Shown: positions 59,446-64,000 of the stretch, one piece after another
How positions within the stretch are numbered: the first letter of the stretch is position 1
Layout: the number at the start of each line of letters is the position of its first letter
Origin: Laetmonice hystrix
Taxonomy: Eukaryota
Assembly: GCA_965235115.1 (NCBI GenBank)
Contig: OZ249445.1
Span: forward strand, 13,826,001 to 13,890,000
Length of the DNA stretch: 64,000 bases
Direction: 5' to 3'
Program-made: the position numbers and the translations under genes
Notes under the pieces: model-generated
The model's database searches: none
The model's input: only the letters and a program-made list of their open reading frames with translations
Told to the model about the DNA's origin: nothing

Positions 59446-62400
59446 TCCTGGGTTGAAGACAAATTGGGCACAGATATATGGAAATATTTCAGTCTGACAG
59501 CGCTGGTCAATCTAAGCTTATCGCCTATAGCCGTACGGGTGGTGGGGTAATGGTTGCAGTGGCTGCGATCTTGTAGGTGACATGCCATCAGGTGCTCCAG
59601 GTACGAACACTGGAGCACACCAACTACCGGCCAGGGGTAGGCCAAAACCTACCATCTCCGATCGATGGTGGCGTGCATAGCCACTCGTTCCACCCCTAAC
59701 ATCTTTGGCATTACTACACAAAAATAACACCATTACTGGCGTGGTCCGCCTCACGGAGACCTGATTATGTGACTAAAATATCGCAACCTTTTTACCCATT
59801 ACCTTCCATGTATTTCCATCTATTGAAGCCAGTATTTTTTCCTGTGGGTTTCCTATTTCTGTGACCCCATGAGCCTCACGAACTGCATACTATGGTAGGT
59901 ATATACATTTGAATATATACTGATATTTAGGTTTTTCTGTTCGTATGAAGTCATATTTCTAGACTAGTAAACGTGATCAACTCACCAATGACGAGAAATA
60001 CTGAACGTACCTGAAACGAGATGAAAATCCGTTATAAAATCATTACAACAAATGTCGGATCTTATTTTCATTTGGTTACGATAGGACTAACAAAAGTTCT
60101 GGACCAGATGTGTCACGTTATGGCGGTCCATATCGATATATTAGATAACAACCGATAATCTTACCAACAAAGAGTTTTTTTTTAGTTCTCCGTTCCACAC
60201 ATTTGCTAATCCACTTCTTACTGCGTATACTAATAAACCACATTTCTTGGTGAATTCCTTGTTGCATGAAATAATATTTTTGATACTCCATAATCAGTGT
60301 TTTCCATGGGGCAGAGAGCAACATGTCTGTCTAGGATACATTCCCAGAAGGCGCACTCCTGGTCTCCGACACAAACAATGAGGTTGAACTGCGTGAAATT
60401 AAATCCACATTTCTAAGTTATTGCTGCAGCACCTCTGGCATCTCTCAGCGGCTCAGCCCTTGTCAAATCAGAAATAAGTCGGTGTTTTTTCCAGGAGGCA
60501 TTAACGAAATTTGATAACTAAATTAATATGATTACTAATTTTGATATCTAAACATGAACTCAACGCACTTGTTCTCATCACAACTACGCACTCTTTTCAC
60601 AACTTTACGGGCGGTATTTTAAAATTAATACTACCCGCGAGAGTTAATTTACGCGGGTATTGTTAATGGCAGAATCAAAGTCCTGCACGTTGTTGACGTT
60701 GGCGGTCTGCCCACTGAACCCTACTTGGTGCTTAATTACGTACAGTCACATGAATCAAATCGCTGTGTCCACTGGGCATTACATCTCATTATCAGATTTG
60801 ACCTATCTTACGAGTAATCGTGAGTGTTTTGATTTCCATTGTAAAATATTGCCCCGACAGTCGACAATGGCATTGCGACCTACACTTAAAAGCCTCGATC
60901 GTCTGCCAGAATGGGTTTGCATGTAGATACGACACCACCCCGTAACACGTGACCCTCCATAGCAGTCTCAGAGCTCGTGCGAGACCCTGACTTACAACGG
61001 ATCATGTGCGGTTTGAACATGCCCCACCCCCGGGCACTATAAATAGGTTCATATCCTTTCGGTCGTCAAGATATTGAGCTGTATTATATTATATTCTGTT
61101 GTAATATTACTAGAATAAGAGAGCAGCCCTGCTGTACATTGTACATACTAACAATGTACTCCAGGTAGACACAGAGTAAGCTCATATCCAGGTACCACTT
61201 CGGCTTCCATTAAGGCGGTCAGCCATAGACAACCCATTGCTGTTCAAATCTGAGGCGATGGGACCTGAGCCTTAAGACGCAAACTGCTTGGCATTTGTAA
61301 TTAATTTTTTGTTTAAAAGAGGATTAAGAAACGCCGTGATTTGCATTAACCAGACCTTTCAATGAAAGTGGATGAATTTCTTACGAGCCTTCGTTCGGAA
61401 GTACATTTTTCTATTTCTTTTACTGGGCCATAAAAAGTTAGTGGTGAGGTTGTGATTTTCGTACCACAGTGGACACGTCTAATCTGTGAGGTAGATTGGC
61501 TCGTCTGATGCATGATCCAATCACAGCCCTTAATGATGGGTTTATACGTTGTTCTCGTGACGGGTCGGTTGAGTGATGAAAACAGCCCGGCCTGATCCTG
61601 CTTCTCATTTCCCACACTCTCTCAAACGGCCAGTCAATCGTTAATACCTTCTTCCCCTTTCCGAGTAGAGAGCACTTGGAACCGCATTGAATGCGTGGCT
61701 GATTAAGTCTACCGCTATGTTTGACACATTAGTAAAACGTCCCATATTCTGGGTGGCTTAGACAGGGGCGTTCAGACGCCTCGGCCGTTTATCTACGCAA
61801 TGATGGTGAGATTAGTATGTGTTTAGGACCCGATTAGATTAGTCCCCTGTCCCAGACGCTCATCTGACATCAAGGTAATGTTTATTACTCTTGGCTTCAT
61901 CTCAGGAAATTACTTTCATATGCAGCAGTGCGGCTTTTTGGGGCAAACCTGGGGTTTATGGTCGCACAGGACATGGGTGAAAAGGGAAAATGGCAATAAA
62001 CGTCATCGTCTGTGGGGCAGAGGAGCGCGCGTCAATAAAGCCGGGGAGTTATTGGTTGGGACCGTGCACAGCGGGCTCCGTGTGATTCCAACCTTAGACT
62101 GGTCAGTCCACAGTGGGACCCCCCGGCCCACAATCTGACCGGACTCGACAAATCTGGATCTCTCCATGTTGATGAGGTATCAATCCCAGAGCCTTGGTGT
62201 GGAGACAGATGAGGGCCGCCGGGGGGCTTGGTGCACTGTCCCGATATAGGGTCGGCCTTCTTAACACGAACATTCACTTTGCCATTTATCCATAGAGACT
62301 GTTTCTGAGAAAACCTTCATTCGTTGTTCTTGAATTCGAAGTTGGTTGGTAGACCGCCAGTTTACAGCACTGACATTATCATATTGGTAGAGTACCTTGG

Positions 62401-64000
62401 ATACTGGCCTTTACTCCCACCCTTCCCGTCCATGGTATATTCTCCTGATACTGGCTTGGCTGATTGTACAAGAGGCTCATTCTCATACATCGTCTGTTCC
62501 ATATACAATCACCATTATATAATAGTGTGGTCAGGAAACGGACATTTTTACTTTGAAACTAGAGAAACCTTCATAATTACAGGCGCCCCCACAGCAACAA
62601 AACCAGTATCAGTCATTCTCCCGGTCATCTAAATGTAAAACAAGTCTACAGATACATTCTACTCTGTGTTTTCAACGACTGACTGCATGGAGGGAATTGA
62701 ATTCTTCACCACTGCTCGTGGACTGATAGAAGGGGGCGTTGGCAGCTGACAGAATCACTGAGAACCATTGATCACACTTCCTGCATGGCTCCGTTCCCTG
62801 CTGAATGATGAGCACTATAGTCTGATTACATTGGTAAATGAGCAATCGATAGATCAATGCTCGTCCCCAGAGCATACTTCGTCTCACCAACTCCTTTCTC
62901 AATGCGAGCACAACTCTTTCCCTGAACCTAAACCTAGCCCGACACTTCGCCACCTACTAATCTATCAAAGTGTACACGGTCGTCCTAACGGACTTGAAAA
63001 TACATATTGAGTCACACAGATAAAAACAATGGCTAGATTGCTAGGATTTTAAAACCTTTTCCCTATTCGATAGATGACGATGTATCCTATGTTTTACAGG
63101 ACTCTGATGCAACTTGACTCGAATTGTATCGTGTACGATTAGAAAACATTATAGTAAGCCAAGCGCACCTGACACTATGCCGTCTCAGTGTATCCAATCA
63201 CAATGTATGACTGTTAAACTGGGACGAAAGTTATTATGACAGACAAACCTTGACAGCTCTGACACCGACTTGATTTGTCATCCGACGACATATACGACAC
63301 GTAACAGGATGCCCCCATCAAAACAATCAGAATGTGCCTGGTTCAAACTCTACAATATGCCACCAGAATTAAACAAAACATATCAAAATGTGGAGAACAA
63401 CCTCTTGATAGGGCAAAATGAAAGAAAACCTAGGGTGTGGTGTTATTGTCAAACACCACGCACTTGCTGACCCTAGACGGGGGACTGAGACGTTGTTATT
63501 ATAATAATGGTTATCGATTACCGATTAACCTGGATGGGCTCCGAACTGTAAACACGTATATCTTTTCGATTACCCGACCTGGAGTAGGCCGGGGTTTCTT
63601 TAGTTCGGTCGGTTCACTATTGGCACCAACAGTCGGTAGCAGACTGCAGGTCCTGGTTCTGGTATCAACCCTGCTGAAGCAACGACCCATACCCCTCGAC
63701 CACCTGTCATCACAGGTGTTCTGACGACAGGTGTCACCACCTAACCGGACATACTATAGTTGACCTGCTGACCACTGTCGCCAAATATTACAGGCTGGGA
63801 CATGTCAGGGGTCCGCAAACTAACCGATGTTATCATCATCCTAGCTGACAATGTACCGGGTTTCTCATTCTCATATTTGCATTACAGACTACATGTAGAT
63901 CTGTCAGGATCCCAGTTTGGTTCCTCCACTAATTTCGGGCCCTGGTTGAACTCCAAGTATAGATCTGTTAACAAAATAGAGCTCCGCTAATCAGCGATGG

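Noticed and set aside
47700-64000. Numerous 60-128 aa ORFs on both strands in the upstream region
   Set aside because: None shows a recognisable domain, coherent splice-phase chaining or coding-like composition.

Overview
Eukaryotic (metazoan) genomic DNA with GT-AG introns. An invertebrate deuterostome such as an echinoderm is my inference from the protein's similarity to vertebrate delta-catenin, the MITE types and the frequent poly-G/C tracts. The main feature is one large minus-strand gene of the p120-catenin subfamily (delta-catenin/CTNND2-PKP4-ARVCF-like). I reconstructed it by hand as 21 phase-compatible coding exons from ATG 46648 to TAG 11074 (4005 nt, 1334 aa). It encodes an N-terminal coiled coil, a long Tyr/Asp/Pro/Gly-rich disordered head, armadillo repeats with a GCFG+polybasic insert, and a tail ending in EPLYAQVNK...DSWV*. 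Its large 5' introns hold several candidate alternative first exons, all in phase 2, and one in-frame cassette exon. Downstream, a CpG-rich promoter (~5700-5900) appears to drive a second minus-strand multi-exon transcript that has good splice sites but no long ORF, and several of its exons are built from repeats (lncRNA or microprotein candidate). The rest is intronic/intergenic DNA with MITEs, tandem duplications and homopolymer tracts. I found no rRNA, tRNA, CRISPR array or intact transposase/RT ORF. Most six-frame ORFs in the track are spurious.
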